64,000 bases of DNA from Eledone cirrhosa (lineage: Eukaryota). The stretch is taken from NCBI GenBank assembly GCA_964016885.1, contig OZ024741.1:317440001-317504000 (forward strand), given 5' to 3'. A model generated the notes under the pieces. That model made no database searches. It was not told where the DNA came from and was given only the letters and a program-made list of their open reading frames with translations. The position numbers and the translations under genes are program-made. Positions 10,486-22,869 of the stretch are shown piece after piece; the first letter of the stretch is position 1; the number at the start of each line of letters is the position of its first letter.

Positions 10486-11093
10486 AACCCCTGCCAGGAA
10501 ATCATCGGCGGGCATCCTAACATCTGCAAGAGACTGGCAGCTATTGGTGGATCTTGAGCGTCAGCTGAACTTCCTTAGCCACATTGCGGTCACCACCCTG
10601 CGACCAGACATTGTCCTCGTGTCTGAGTCCACCAAACAAGTAGTGCTGCTGGAGTTGACTGTCCCATGGGAAGATCGCCTGGAAGAAGCCTTTGAGAGAA
10701 AGCTCTCCAAGTACGCGGTTCTGGTCAGTGACTGTCAGCGGGCTGGTTGGGGAGCGAGGTGTCTCCCAGTGGAGATTGGGTGCAGGGGTTTCGCAGCCCG
10801 TTCTCTGACCAGAGCCTTCAGCAGTTTGGGCATCGAGGGAGTGAGAAGGGGGAAGGCCATCCGCAGTACCACCGATGCGGCAGAGAGAGCCTCAAGATGG
10901 CTGTGGATCAAAAGAGGAGAGCCATGGTGTCATGGTAGCTAGCTGGCCATCTGGACACAAGCTGGGGTCTGATCAGCCCCAGCTGGGTCACCTGGAGAAG
11001 GGTGTATGATGTTGAAAGACCCGAAACACCCGATGATACCAGGCACATCACTGAAGATGTGTCCAGATGCATGTCATAGATGTATGCACACAA
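10486..11093 (+). mobile_element. 3' fragment of HERO-type RLE LINE (endonuclease domain and 3' UTR), directly upstream of the full copy
   Basis: ORF 10544-10942 has RPDIVL..ELTVPWE..RKLSKY (PD-(D/E)xK). Near-identical to 14085-14696. Confidence 0.9.
10948..11069 (+). ncRNA. Structured 3'-UTR RNA with scrambled hammerhead core (second copy at 14547-14668)
   Basis: Six complementary segments plus CUGAAGA, GAAA and GUA motifs at the helix junctions; see findings. Confidence 0.55.
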
Positions 11094-14000
11094 CGAACAC
11101 TCTGAGTTATCAGTGACAGCCAGGAAAGACTGGAAGACAACCATGAAGAGAGTGGTGACTACTGAAGAGTCAGTGACAGCCCGGAGAGACGGCAACCGGG
11201 GCAGAACGCACTGGCAACCCAATCTGTGTCCTCTGAGAGGAGGACTCCCAGAATAAGCTACGATGAATGTAATGAAGAAATACCTCCAGGGGTGCCCAAG
11301 GGGAGGGGGGTGAATGAGCACCGCAGTCGGACGGACAACATACTCAAGCAATTGACAACAGACTATGAGCAAGAAGTGTACATGCGGTAAAGTCTGCAAG
11401 AACATCCACGGCCTAAAGATACACCGAGCGAGGATGAAGTACCCGTTGGGAGCAGAAACATCACATCGCACAGGTGTTCAACCTGGTGAGACGCAGAAGG
11501 AGCCAGGCCCGGAATCACTCCATAGTGCCAGGAACCTCCAAGTGGTGAAAACTAATCCCCTGAGCATCAAATCTGACAGGAGGCGGATCAAATGGCCAGC
11601 AGCTAGCATGACCTCACTGTGGAAGCAGTTCGATGATGATGTCAACCAAATTCTGGAGGCAACGGTAAAGGGGAGGCTGACAGGAGGCTACAAGCTATGA
11701 CAACAATCATTGTGAGTTTCGCAGTTGGACGATTCAGCGAGGAGGAGAAGAAAAGCTCCGGAACAACTTACTCAAAGAATCAAAGAGCTGTTAGGATCCT
11801 TAACATCAGGCAGGATATGAAGGCACTGAAGTCCCAATACAAGAAGACCGGAGATGAGGAACGCATTGGCCTGACCCAGCTAATGTGCAGCCTACGGAAA
11901 AAGATCAGGGTTCTCCGCCGGGCTGAATGGCACCGAAGGCGGCGCTGTGAGAGGGCGCGCAAGCGTGCTACCTTTATCTCCAACCCCTTCAAGTTCACTA
12001 AAGATTTGTTGGGGAAGAAGCGCAGTGGTAAACTTGCCTCCTCGCAGGAAGACATAAACCGGCATCTGAAGAAGATGTACAGCGACCCCGCAAGAGAACA
12101 GGGGTTGTGAGAATGTAACATCCTCATAGACCCCCCCCCCCCCCCCTTGAATGAGAGCTGCAGCTAAAGGAAGTCGGGGGAGGGGTTGTCCGCAGAGCAA
12201 GAGCAAGCTCTGCTCCAAGACCAAGTGGCACTTCATACAAAGTGTATAAGAACTGTCCCAAACTTCTGCAGCGTCTGTGGAAAATCCTGCGAGTCTTCTG
12301 GAGAAGAGGGAGGATCCCAGAACAATGGAGAGTAGCTGAGGGGGTGTGGATCCCGAAGGAGGAAAACTCCACCCAGATAGACCGATTCCACATCATCTCC
12401 CTGCTGTGTGTGGAGGCAAAGATCTTCTTCAGCATGGTTTCCAAACGGCTGTGTGCCTACCTGGGTCAGAACTCCTATATCGATACATCTGTACAGAAGG
12501 GTGGCATTTCGGGAATACCAGGCTGTCTGGAGCATACCGGTGTGGTAACAGAGCTGATTCGAGAGGCAAGAGATAACAGGTGTATCTATCTGTGCTGTGG
12601 CTTGACCAGGCAAATGCATTCGGCTCCATTCCACACAAGCTAGTACAGCTCACGTTGACAAAAGATCATGTACCAAGCAGGTGCAGAGATCTTATCGCTG
12701 ATTACTACACCAATTTCAGGATGAGGGTCTCTTCGGGAGCAATAACATCAAGCTGGCACAAGGTGGAAATCGGCATCATCACGGGGTGCACTATCTCTGT
12801 GACACTATTCTCCCTAGCCATGAACATGATTACCAAGTCTGCTGAGCCAGCGTGCAGAGGGCCTCTATCGAAATCCGGACAAAGGCAACCACCCATGTTC
12901 ATGGATGACCTCACAGTCATGACAGAATCAGCCCCAGGCTGCCAGTGGATTCTGCAGAGACTCGAAAAGGTGATGGAGTGGGCTCGGATGCGTTTCAAAC
13001 CAACCAAATCAAGATCTATGGTGCTGAGGAAAGGGAAGGTGGAGGACAAGTTCCGGTTTAACATCTCAGGAACAGCCATTCCAACAATCACAGAGAAGCC
13101 AGTCAAGAGCTTGGGCAAGGTTTTCGACAACTCATCGAGAAACACTACATCTATCCAGTTGGCCTGCACTGAGTTGGATGGCTGACTGAAATCCGTGAAC
13201 AAGTCAGGCCTACCTGGGAAGTTCAAAGCCTGGGTCTACCAACACGGCATTCTTCCCAGGATCCTGTGACCCCTCCTTGTCTATGCAGTCCCCATCTCAA
13301 CAGTGGACACCTTAGAGAGGAGGGTCAGCAGCCACCTCTGGGGATGGCTTGGATTGCCAAGGAGTCTGAGCAGTATCGCGTTCTACGGTAACAACACCAA
13401 GCTGCAATTGCCCTTCAAATCATTGGAGGAGGAGTTCAAGGTGGCATGAGCCAGAGAAGTGGTCCAGTACAGGGACTCTTGTGATCCTAAGGTGGCTAAA
13501 GCAGGGATCCAAGTGAGGACTGGCAGGAAGTGGAGGGCAGAAGAAGCAGTTCAAGAGGCAGAGGCTGCGTCAAAGATGACTTGTGGGAGTGGTCACACGA
13601 GGCAGAGCTGTGCTAGGCTCCTTTCCGACTCCCCAAACGAACACCAGCGAGAAGGAAGGGCGCCGCCTTGTTCAGGGGGAGGTGAGAGTTGCAGTGGAGG
13701 AAATGAGAACTTGCAAGGTAGTAGGAATGAAACAAGATGGGAGAATGCGGTTGAGAGGAAAGTGACCTGGGCTGAGCAGTGGAAAGCCGAGCCGAGCCGC
13801 ATTAAATTCCTCATCCAGGCAGTGTACGGTGTGCTTCCAAGCCCATCAAACCTGCACGCATGGGGTATAGCAGAGACACCAGCATGTGCGTTGTACTTCA
13901 AGCGAGGAACCCTGGAACACATCCTCAGCTGCTGCACAGGGGCACTTGGAGAAGGACGGTACCGCTTGAGGCATGACCAAGCCCTTAAGACCATCGCGGA

Positions 14001-14690
14001 AGCCATCAGCGCAGGACTTGTGTGGGCGATGCGGTTCCGACCCTCCAAGAAAACCATCGCCTTTGTCAGAGCTCGAGAGCAGCCAACCCCTGCCAGGAAA
14101 TCATCGGCGGGCATCCTAACATCTGCAAGAGACTGGCAGCTATTGGTGGAACTTGAGCGTCAGCTGAACTTCCCTAGCCACATTGCGGTCACCACCCTGC
14201 GACCAGACATTGTCCTCGTGTCTGAGTCCACCAAACAAGTAGTGCTGCTGGAGTTTTCTGTCCCGTGGGAAGATCGCCTGGAAGAAGCCATTGAGAGAAA
14301 GCTCTCCAAGTATGCGGTTCTGGTCAGTGACTGTCAGCGGGCTGGTTGGAGAGCGAGGTGTCTGCCAGTGGAGGTTGGATGCAGGGGTTTCACACCCCAT
14401 TCCCCGACCAGAGCCTTCAGCAGATTAGGCATCGAGGGAGTGAGAAGGGGGAAGGCCATCCGCAGTACCACCGATGCGGCAGAAAGGGCCTCAAGATGGC
14501 TGTGGATCAAAAGAGGAGAGCCATGGTGTCATGGTAGCTAACTGGCCATCTGGACACAAGCTGGGGTCTGATCAGCCCCAGCAGGGTCACCTGGAGAAGG
14601 GTGTATGATCTGGAAAGACCCGAAACACCCGATGATACCAGGCACATCACTGAAGATGTGTCCAGATGCATCAGTCATAGATGTATACAC

Positions 14691-14696
<6 letters not shown>
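11094..14696 (+). mobile_element. Near full-length, decayed single-ORF RLE LINE, HERO-clade-like
   Basis: N-terminal zinc finger CTCGKVCKNIHGLKIH at 11365. RT fragments QKGG..GCLEH, WLDQANAFGS, GIITGCTISV and FMDD. CCHC remnant and RLE domain. Several frameshifts and stops. Clade assigned from remembered motifs. Confidence 0.85.
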
Positions 14697-14755
<59 letters not shown>

Positions 14756-15562
14756 TATTAGTTTAACAATTATAGTAATAACGTTATTTTACATATTCAT
14801 TTCATTGTTTTGCGATCGTTTCGGAGGGTTGATCATATTGATAGAGTGACTGATCAGTTAGAGAACTGTATACTATCAGACTAGCTGTCGATTATGTGAC
14901 CTTGAACTGTTTCACATTTTGAGTTCGAAGAATAAGTTACTCAACAATAAAATCAAAAGATCAATTTATTGCAACCATAGACTTAAAGAAAAATGTTCGC
15001 GCTACAAGTGCATATCGAACCCTTAACCTCCTACTACCACCTGACAAACTGCATATATTTAGACTTTCTACCCTCTTATTGAATTTAACCCCTTTAATTA
15101 CCCAGTAACCAATACTTATGTACCTCTCTCCTCCTTCATTCCTTTTCTCTTTTTTCGTTTTCTTCTTTTCTTCTCTCCCCATTTTTTTTGTTCTCTTTTC
15201 TTTTCTTCTTTTTTTTCTCTTCCCTCTCTCTTTATATAGTAAATACGATTAAAAAAAAATGTTTTTTATATATATTAAGAACCTTTTACAAATAACTTAT
15301 TCATTATTTTGAAAATTTGGAGGTGAATAACAGTTATTATCGAGTGGCTGCTATTTGCAGTATAGCAATGAAACGGTCATAAATACCTGGATAAAATCCT
15401 TTTTTTAATGCTTACCTGCGTTTTCTCTTTTATTCTTTATACTCCAAGATTGAACGTGATTTACTAACCACATTCTTGCAAACTTGTGGTGTTACCCCTA
15501 ACCGTACGTTGGAAACCGTCCAAGAAACTGGATTACAATAAGCAATTTTCTGCTTCCCTAAC

Positions 15563-16072
15563 TATATTGGACTATTGGCAAAGACTCAAAACCTTGAAGA
15601 TGTACTCAATAGAAAGAAGATTTGAGCGATACCGAATTATATACATTTGGAAAATGATAGAGCAAAAGGTGCCAAACTTTGGTATCAAAACCTACCACTC
15701 ACTGCGCCACGGAAGACGCTGCCAGCTACCACCAATCAACAAAAGGGCTGGCCAGGCAGCAAAAACCCTGCGAGAGTCAAGTCTGTTGGTTCGAGGGGCA
15801 CAACTATTCAACTCCATTCCGGTACATGTCAGAAATCTATCAGGATGTAGTGTGGAATCATTCAAATTGCAGCTGGATAGATACTTAAGCACCATTAGAG
15901 ATGAACCCCATGCCCCAGGATATACACAACGAGCACAAACTGACTCAAACTCGCTCCAACACATGTCAAAATTAAACAGAGAATCCAACCTGGCAACCAC
16001 ACCAGACTCTGAGGGTGGGGTCTTCGACTTGGACTGAGCATGGACTCAAACCCAAATGAAATGAAATGAAAT
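15563..16072 (+). mobile_element. 3' fragment of CR1-group LINE with (AAATG)n tail
   Basis: LDYWQRLKTLKMYSIERRFERY..GAQLFNSIP..FKLQLDRYL, homologous to the C-terminus of the 60250-62652 ORF. Confidence 0.85.
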
Positions 16073-16077
16073 ATACA

Positions 16078-16144
<67 letters not shown>

Positions 16145-16151
<7 letters not shown>

Positions 16152-16319
16152 CAGATTAAAGTTTAAGCAAAGGATCGCTTAAGGGTGAAAGCAGCGATTC
16201 TTTGCTTAAACTTTAATCTGTTATTTTAATAAATATTTGCTCTACGGTTCTTATATATTTGATATATATTTATCCTTATCGAGCCCTCTTTGGATTTTAG
16301 CCTTCAAATTTTTTATTAT

Positions 16320-16323
<4 letters not shown>
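16145..16323 (+). mobile_element. Penelope-like terminal fragment with a 35-bp inverted 5' extension (hairpin 16145-16227), within (TA)n
   Basis: AAAATAACAGATTAAAGTTTAAGCAAAG..13-nt loop..CTTTGCTTAAACTTTAATCTGTTATTTT; second copy at 9643-9772. Confidence 0.6.
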
Positions 16324-16368
<45 letters not shown>

Positions 16369-16370
<2 letters not shown>

Positions 16371-18753
16371 TGGTTACACAACAGTTAGTTCACCATACCG
16401 AGAACAATTGTTTCACCTTCGCGGATCTTCAGCTCGGGATGTATATGGTTATAGAAACAGGAAGGACAACCGTACCTACGCGCATGCGCAGAAACTCGGT
16501 CACTTCACACAGGCAATAGTAGACTGCGTGCGGGGGGTGTAAGGGAGATAACTGCGAAAGTCCGGAAAGTTTTTTGGTTGAAAATAAAATAAAAAAATTT
16601 AAAAATAAAATTACAAAGAATCAGTCCGGAGCCTTGTAGTTATGTAATAGATGTTTGGTGACGTGTGGACAACGTGTGAAAAATTCACTCCTCGTGTTTA
16701 GGCAATCACTATTGCGTAATCTCTTTAGGATAGTTATTCGTTCGTCAATACATAAGCCACACGTTGGATTTCCCCTTGCGTATGGCTTGGACTTAGTGAT
16801 GGCTTTCCATTGAATGGAGTACCCTAAACTTGAGTCTTTGAGGGACCATACGTGACTCGCGAGTTTCGTGGATCAACGTCTGTCCGGGTATCTGAAGGTA
16901 GACTGGTGGTTCAGGAAACGCTCCTTGAATCGGCCCTCCGCCATGCCCACATAGGATTTGACCTCCTGTGGTTCGTTTGGTCGGTTGGAAGTGACCACAG
17001 CTTCATAGATTACAGCTGGTGTGTTGCATTGTTGTTGAAGGGGGCAAGCTTCAGGCTTACGGCAAGAGCACCCTGGTGGGGTGTTGCTCCTAGGGCTGCT
17101 GGTGATGTGGGCCTTCATGTTCTTAGCGAAGGAGTATCCTAGTTTAACTTTGTGTCGGTTAAAGATGGAGCGGTATTTATGACCTATGGGGAAGTGTCTA
17201 TCTAAGAGGGCTAGAAATTGTTTTCCTACATTGGTTTTAACGTTGAGTGAGAAGGGAGGAGAGAACCAGATAGTTTGTCTATTGATAGGCTTACTTTTTT
17301 TAATGGTGTTGTTGCTAGTGGGAGAGTAAGTGATAGGTTGTGAGAAGCCGCTGTTAGCCAACGCCGGGTTATAGTAAGGTGCCGCCCTGTCAAAGATAGC
17401 CTTATTAGAGGAGAGGTTTGATATTCTAGTACTGATATTCTTAACGAAGTTAGACACTTAGATAAACACTTCCCCATAGGTCATAAATAACGCTGCTGGT
17501 GATGTGGGCCTTCATGTTCTTAGCGCAGGAGTATCCTAGTTTAACTTTGTGTCGGTTAAAGATGGAGTGGTCTTTATGACCTATGGGGAAGTGTCTATCT
17601 AAGTGTCTAGCTTCGTTAAGAATATCAGTACTAGAATCTCAAACCTCTCCTCTAATAAGGCTATCTTTGACAGGGCGGCACCTTACTATAACCCGGCGTT
17701 GGCTAACAGCGGCTTCTCACAACCTATCACTTACTCTCCCACTAGCAACAACACCATTAAAAAAAGTAAGCGCATCAATAGACAAACTATCTGGTTTTCT
17801 CCTCCCATCTCACTCAACGTTAAAACTAATGTAGGAAATAAATTCCTAGCCCTCTTAGATAGACACTTCCCCATAGGTCATAAATACCGATCCATCTTTA
17901 ACCGACACAAAGTTAAACTAGGATACTCCTGCACTAAGAACATGAAGGCGCACATCACCAGCAGCCCTAGGAGCAACACCCCGCCAGGGTGCCCTTGCCG
18001 TAAGCCTGAAGCTTGCCCCCTTCAACAACAATGCAACACACCAGCTGTAATCTATGAAGCTGTGGTCACTTCCAACTGACCAAACGAACCACAGGAGGTC
18101 AAATCCTATGTGGGCATGGCGGAGGGCCGATTCAATGAGCGTTTCCTGAACCACCAGGCTACCTTCAGATACCCGGACAGACGTTCATCCACGAAACGCG
18201 CGAGCCACGTATGGTCCCTCAAGGACTCAAGTATAGGGTACTCCATTCAATGGAAAGCCATCACTAAGTCCAAGCCATACGCAAGGGGAAATCCGACGTG
18301 TGGCTTATGTATTGACGAACGAATAACTATCCTAAAGAGATTACGCACTAGTGATTGCCTAAACACGAGAGATGAATTTCACACGCTGTCCACACGTCGC
18401 CAAACATCTATTACATAACTACAAAGCTCCGGACTGATTCTTTGTAATTTTATTTTTTTATTTTTTTATTTTATTTTCAACCAAAAAACTTTCCGGACTT
18501 TCGCAGTTATCTCCCTTACACCCCACCCCCACCCCCGCACGCAGTCTACTATTGCCTGTGTGAAGTGACCGAGTTTCTGCGCATGCGCGTTCGTACAGTT
18601 GTCCTTCCTGTTCCTATAACCATATACATCCCGAGCTGAAGATCCGCGAAGGTGAAACAATTGTTCTCGGTATGGTGAACTAACTGTTGTGTAACTGGTC
18701 ACTTGGACTGAGTGCTCTACCACTACGGATATTACCTTCCAGTGTTCCACTAC

Positions 18754-18755
<2 letters not shown>
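16369..18755. mobile_element. Penelope-like element (RT thumb/linker and GIY-YIG endonuclease) as two inverted ~1.1-kb arms
   Basis: ORF 16873-17457(-) is near-identical to ORFs 17603-18079 and 18110-18418(+): IWFSPP..VKTNVG, CxC..CPL..C, VIYEA..SYVGMAEGRF.ER..H, CGLC..E, LN. Flanked by (TA)n. Confidence 0.88.
18631..18670 (+). ncRNA. Minimal hammerhead ribozyme with palindromic stem III (mirror copy at 16398-16437, minus strand)
   Basis: CCGAG-CUGAAGA-UCC.GCGAA.GGU-GAAAC-AAUU-GUU-CUCGG. Confidence 0.75.
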
Positions 18756-18831
<76 letters not shown>

Positions 18832-19013
18832 TACATATATATATACGCAGTCATCTTCATACTGTCGATGTCATACTCAAGCACACATCACATCACACAA
18901 ACACACACACGGAAACACACGTATACTAATATACACATAAATACATACACACAGACACACACAAGCACACACGCATACACAAACACTCAAGCACATACAA
19001 ATACACCCATACG

Positions 19014-19045
<32 letters not shown>

Positions 19046-19099
19046 CAGAGACACTCAACCATATATATACAGATAACGTTAGCGAATCCTTACATTAGC

Positions 19100-19242
19100 A
19101 AGAAGAAGAAGAAGAAGAAGAAGAAGAAGAAGAAGGAGGAGGAGGAGGAGGAGGAGGAGGAGGAGGAGGAGGAGGAGAGAAGAAGAAGAAGAAGAAGAAG
19201 AAGAAGAAGAAGAAGAAGAAGAAGAAGAAGAAGAAGAAGAAG
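19100..19242. repeat. (GAA)n(GGA)n(GAA)n polypurine microsatellite
   Basis: Directly visible. Confidence 0.95.
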
Positions 19243-19569
19243 ATTGTTACCATACATTGGTTATTGGATTCCACTATCTTTGATGTAGATGTTGATGATG
19301 ATGATAATGTTGTCGATGTTGATGATGATAATGTTGTTGTTGTGCGTCATGTCGCTTTCTGTGCTTGTGTTCCCTGAACGAACTAAAAGTTCACGTGACC
19401 TTTTAGCGCTCTACGCAATCACGTGAAGAGATATTTTTGTTGTTTTTTTTTTTGTTGCTGTTGTTGTCGTTGTTGTTCTTGTAGCGAAACAGTCATGTGC
19501 CTGTTAGATTTAAAGCCTACTGAGTATGTTGCCAATCTACCTTGATATTGCCGTTTAAATTTATTATAG

Positions 19570-20300
19570 CTATAGGCGACGCTGAATTCGCAGAGCTGTC
19601 AAATAAAATACCTGATATTTTATTCTGGAATCTTCTGATCTGAGTTCGAATCCTTGCAGAGAACAATTCATTATAAATAAATAATAAGCAATAAAATTAT
19701 GAAAAATTCATGTGAGCCTTATATCATTTAGCTTAGCTCATTAACTATTTGAAGACTGAAGTCACCTTTATCTTGTATCCTTCCTTCTTAGTTTCGATAA
19801 AATAACTACATGCCTACACAGGTAATAATAGCTGATGCTTAAATTCCTTCTATACCTCAATCGGCAAGTTGCTAAATTAGGAGAGTCGTTGGATCGTTGG
19901 ACGAAATATCTCGCAACATTAATTCCGGCACCATACGTTCTGAGTTTGAATCTTTCCGAGGCTGCTCCCCGACACCACCTTTCTACTGGGATTTGGTGGG
20001 GGGGGGGGGGTAATAAGTTAACTACTAGTCTATATAGATAATCGTTTTTTTTTTAATCACCCTTACTCACATGATATACATGTAATCTTGTGGTCATGCA
20101 CGCGAACGTGCCTGGGTGATTAAGAAATTGAGAATTCGCAGATTCGTTACGCCGTTGGACGAAACTATTTGCGGTGTTTAACTAGGAATCGTACATTCTG
20201 AGTTCAAATCCTGCCGAATTCAAATCAACTTTGCCTTTTCCCATTTTATTCCGGGGATGGTGGGTGATTTCCATAAATCAACTACTAGTCTACACGAGTA
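19570..20300 (+). mobile_element. Cluster of about three degenerate tRNA-derived SINE copies
   Basis: Recurrent TCTGAGTT(C/T)(G/A)AATC B-box at about 19640, 19939 and 20198, followed by SINE-body remnants (CAACTTTGCCTTT, GATAAAATAA). Confidence 0.55.
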
Positions 20301-20457
20301 ATGGGGGTCTTTAAGTCCGACTCTTCCAAGGCTGTAAAATATACATACCCACACTTTTTGTATGACATTTTGGCAATATATGTATGGGTTCTTGTGGCCA
20401 GTAAACAAAGGATATTTAGTAATATCATCAATAATAGCAATAGCTGGATACTTCGTG

Positions 20458-20519
<62 letters not shown>

Positions 20520-20589
20520 GTGTGTGTGTATGTATGTATGTGTGTATGTATGTATTTACGTGTATGTGTGTATGTATATATGTACGTAT

Positions 20590-22560
20590 GTATGTGGGGG
20601 CTGAGTGCTCAAACCCTCCTTCCAGCGGGTCCTGTCAGAGCAATTGTCTCCAATTGATTCGCCTGGATCTCCAAGCGAGACCGGCCAAGGTCATGGATGT
20701 TATCCAACCATCTTGCTCGGGGTCTCCTGTCGGTTGGTTTTGCCCGTAAAATCTGTCCAGGATTCATGCCTGTGACATTCAAACCACATGCCCTAGTATC
20801 GGACCAGTAATCTCTCAATTCGAAGAAGCAGTGGCTCTACCTGGAGCGACTCTCTGATCTCCGAGCTACATACTCTACCTAGTAACATTACTCCAATGAT
20901 CCTCGGAGGAACCCCATTTCGGTCGCTTGTATTTGCGATCGTATTCTTCCTGTCATTACCTAAGATTAATGGCCATAAGTAGGAGTTGGCATGAATATCG
21001 AATTGTAGATAGCGAGTTTGGTTTTTATTACTACCACACGTCTTCTGATTACCGGATGCTGAAGCTGGTGCATTACTGCACCAGCTCCTGTAATTCTTGA
21101 ACTTAATTCAGCCTCCTACCTTCCATCACTCGTGAACACGTCCACCTGCTTCAGTGGAACTCGACTCACATTTAGAGTGCACAGCGCAGGCTTCCTTGAG
21201 AGTACGATTGTCTCAGTATTTGCAGCACTGATTTTCATTCCAATCATGCAGTACTCGGCATCACACCCGTCAAGTGTATGTCGAGGATCACCTTCTGTCG
21301 AGTTAAGTAACACCATGTCGTCTGTAAATTCCAGCCGACTGATTTTACACCCGTTAGTCGTGATACTACTTCCATCCCGGCTGTGCAAGTCATTCCTGTT
21401 CATGAAGATTATAAACAGAAGAGTTGAGAGTACGCATGCACCATTGATGGAGTACGACTCCCATATTGAATGGTTTCGATTTAGCACCATTTATCCAAAC
21501 ACAAATAAATACTTGGCCATTCATATACAGACATCAGGACAACAAGAAGCTGACCATCCTGCAGAATCTTCCACAGCAGGTCACGTGGAACGTGGTCATT
21601 TGCCTTTTCAAGGTTCACAAATGAAACATACAACTCTTGCAAGTACTCCCGCAATTTTTGGAAGACCTGTGAATAATTTGAATATTTGGTCCACTGTGCT
21701 GCGTCCGGGGCGAAAATCACACTGTTCGTCAGCTAGCTTGGACAACAGAATATCTCTACCTCTCTTTGTCAGAGAGTTAGGATAGACTTTAACGGAGAAG
21801 CTTAACAAGGAGATCCCATTATAATTATAACCTTTATTGAAAATTGAAATTATTACTCTCGATTGCCATTGCTTGGTGCCATTGCTTGGTGCCATTGCTT
21901 GGGTGCTTTTCCAGAACACTTTATTTTCTGATCTGAAGTCGGATTCCAGGTTAACTCCAAAATCCTCTCACGTCTTAATTTTGGACGCCCTTACTATCTC
22001 TTCTGCGACTTTTCGCGCCTGCTTATACCGCATGTGGAAGAAGGAGGCCGACGAAGAAGCTTTGTAGGCCCCCTTCTTTGCTCGGATGGCATCTTTGATC
22101 TCTTGATTGAACCAAGAGATCCTTCTGCCATCCGGCGCCACTCCAAGCCTCTTTCGCCCGCAGCATTTGACAGTTGAAGCAGAAACTGCTGATTTAAATA
22201 GTCTCCACTCTGTTTCAATGTCCTCGGTTTGCTCAGGGAGTTCACTGAATTTGAATGCAATAGTATCCACATACCTAGTCCTGACTTCCTTATCCGCCAA
22301 ATCTTCCACTTTATCCTGTAGGTTGACCTGGACCTGCCAGTTTTGTGGACTTCTATGGTTTTAGGTAGTCTAAAGATGGAGATCAGCTGACAGCTCAACC
22401 CCTCTATTAATAGGAACATGTAGCACAGAATCACAAAGGTAATAGCAAAATCAATTACTGATCTCTGTCCCTGATTCCCTTATACCATGTATATTTATGG
22501 ATGTCTCTGTGCGCGAAGGTGTTCATAATAGAGAGGCCATTGCTAGAACAAAACAATAAA
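20590..22560 (-). mobile_element. Decayed RTE-clade LINE (end of APE, RT, 3' end with CATA tail)
   Basis: Fragments YNGISLLS, RPGRSTVDQIF, FVNLEKANDHVPR, LFIIFMN..EFTDD and RPRARWLDNI. Confidence 0.8.
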
Positions 22561-22869
22561 TATATATTTATATATATATTTATATATATATATATAACGA
22601 TAATCTGTCTACCTATATACAGACATACCCTTATTATATTCTATCTGATCTAAGTATATCTATATATGTAATCGAAACTCTGGCAGCCCTTTCTATCACC
22701 ACGTATCACACTTTCCTTAAATAACTCATATGTCGCACCATGACCTATACCAAACATCACACTGAAGTAAAGAAACAGAAGTAACTAATACGTCTCATTA
22801 CGTCCTATACCAACCATCGCGTTGAAGTATGGAAATAAAGAGTATAAGATGATTACAGACACTATCATT

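Noticed and set aside
14760-15480. Another decayed Penelope 3' end (IFRLSTL..LN, CT-rich tract, GAAACGGTC)
   Set aside because: Too degenerate; no intact CTGAnGA core or convincing ORF.
9643-16323. Composite transposon bounded by 120-bp inverted repeats
   Set aside because: The repeats look like independently inserted, differently truncated 3' ends with tails; no TSD or transposase.
18077-18079. In-frame TGA in the Penelope ORF as selenocysteine (as reported for some Naiad elements)
   Set aside because: The mirror arm has CGA (Arg) at this codon, so it is best read as a CpG transition, and the position is not a Cys site.
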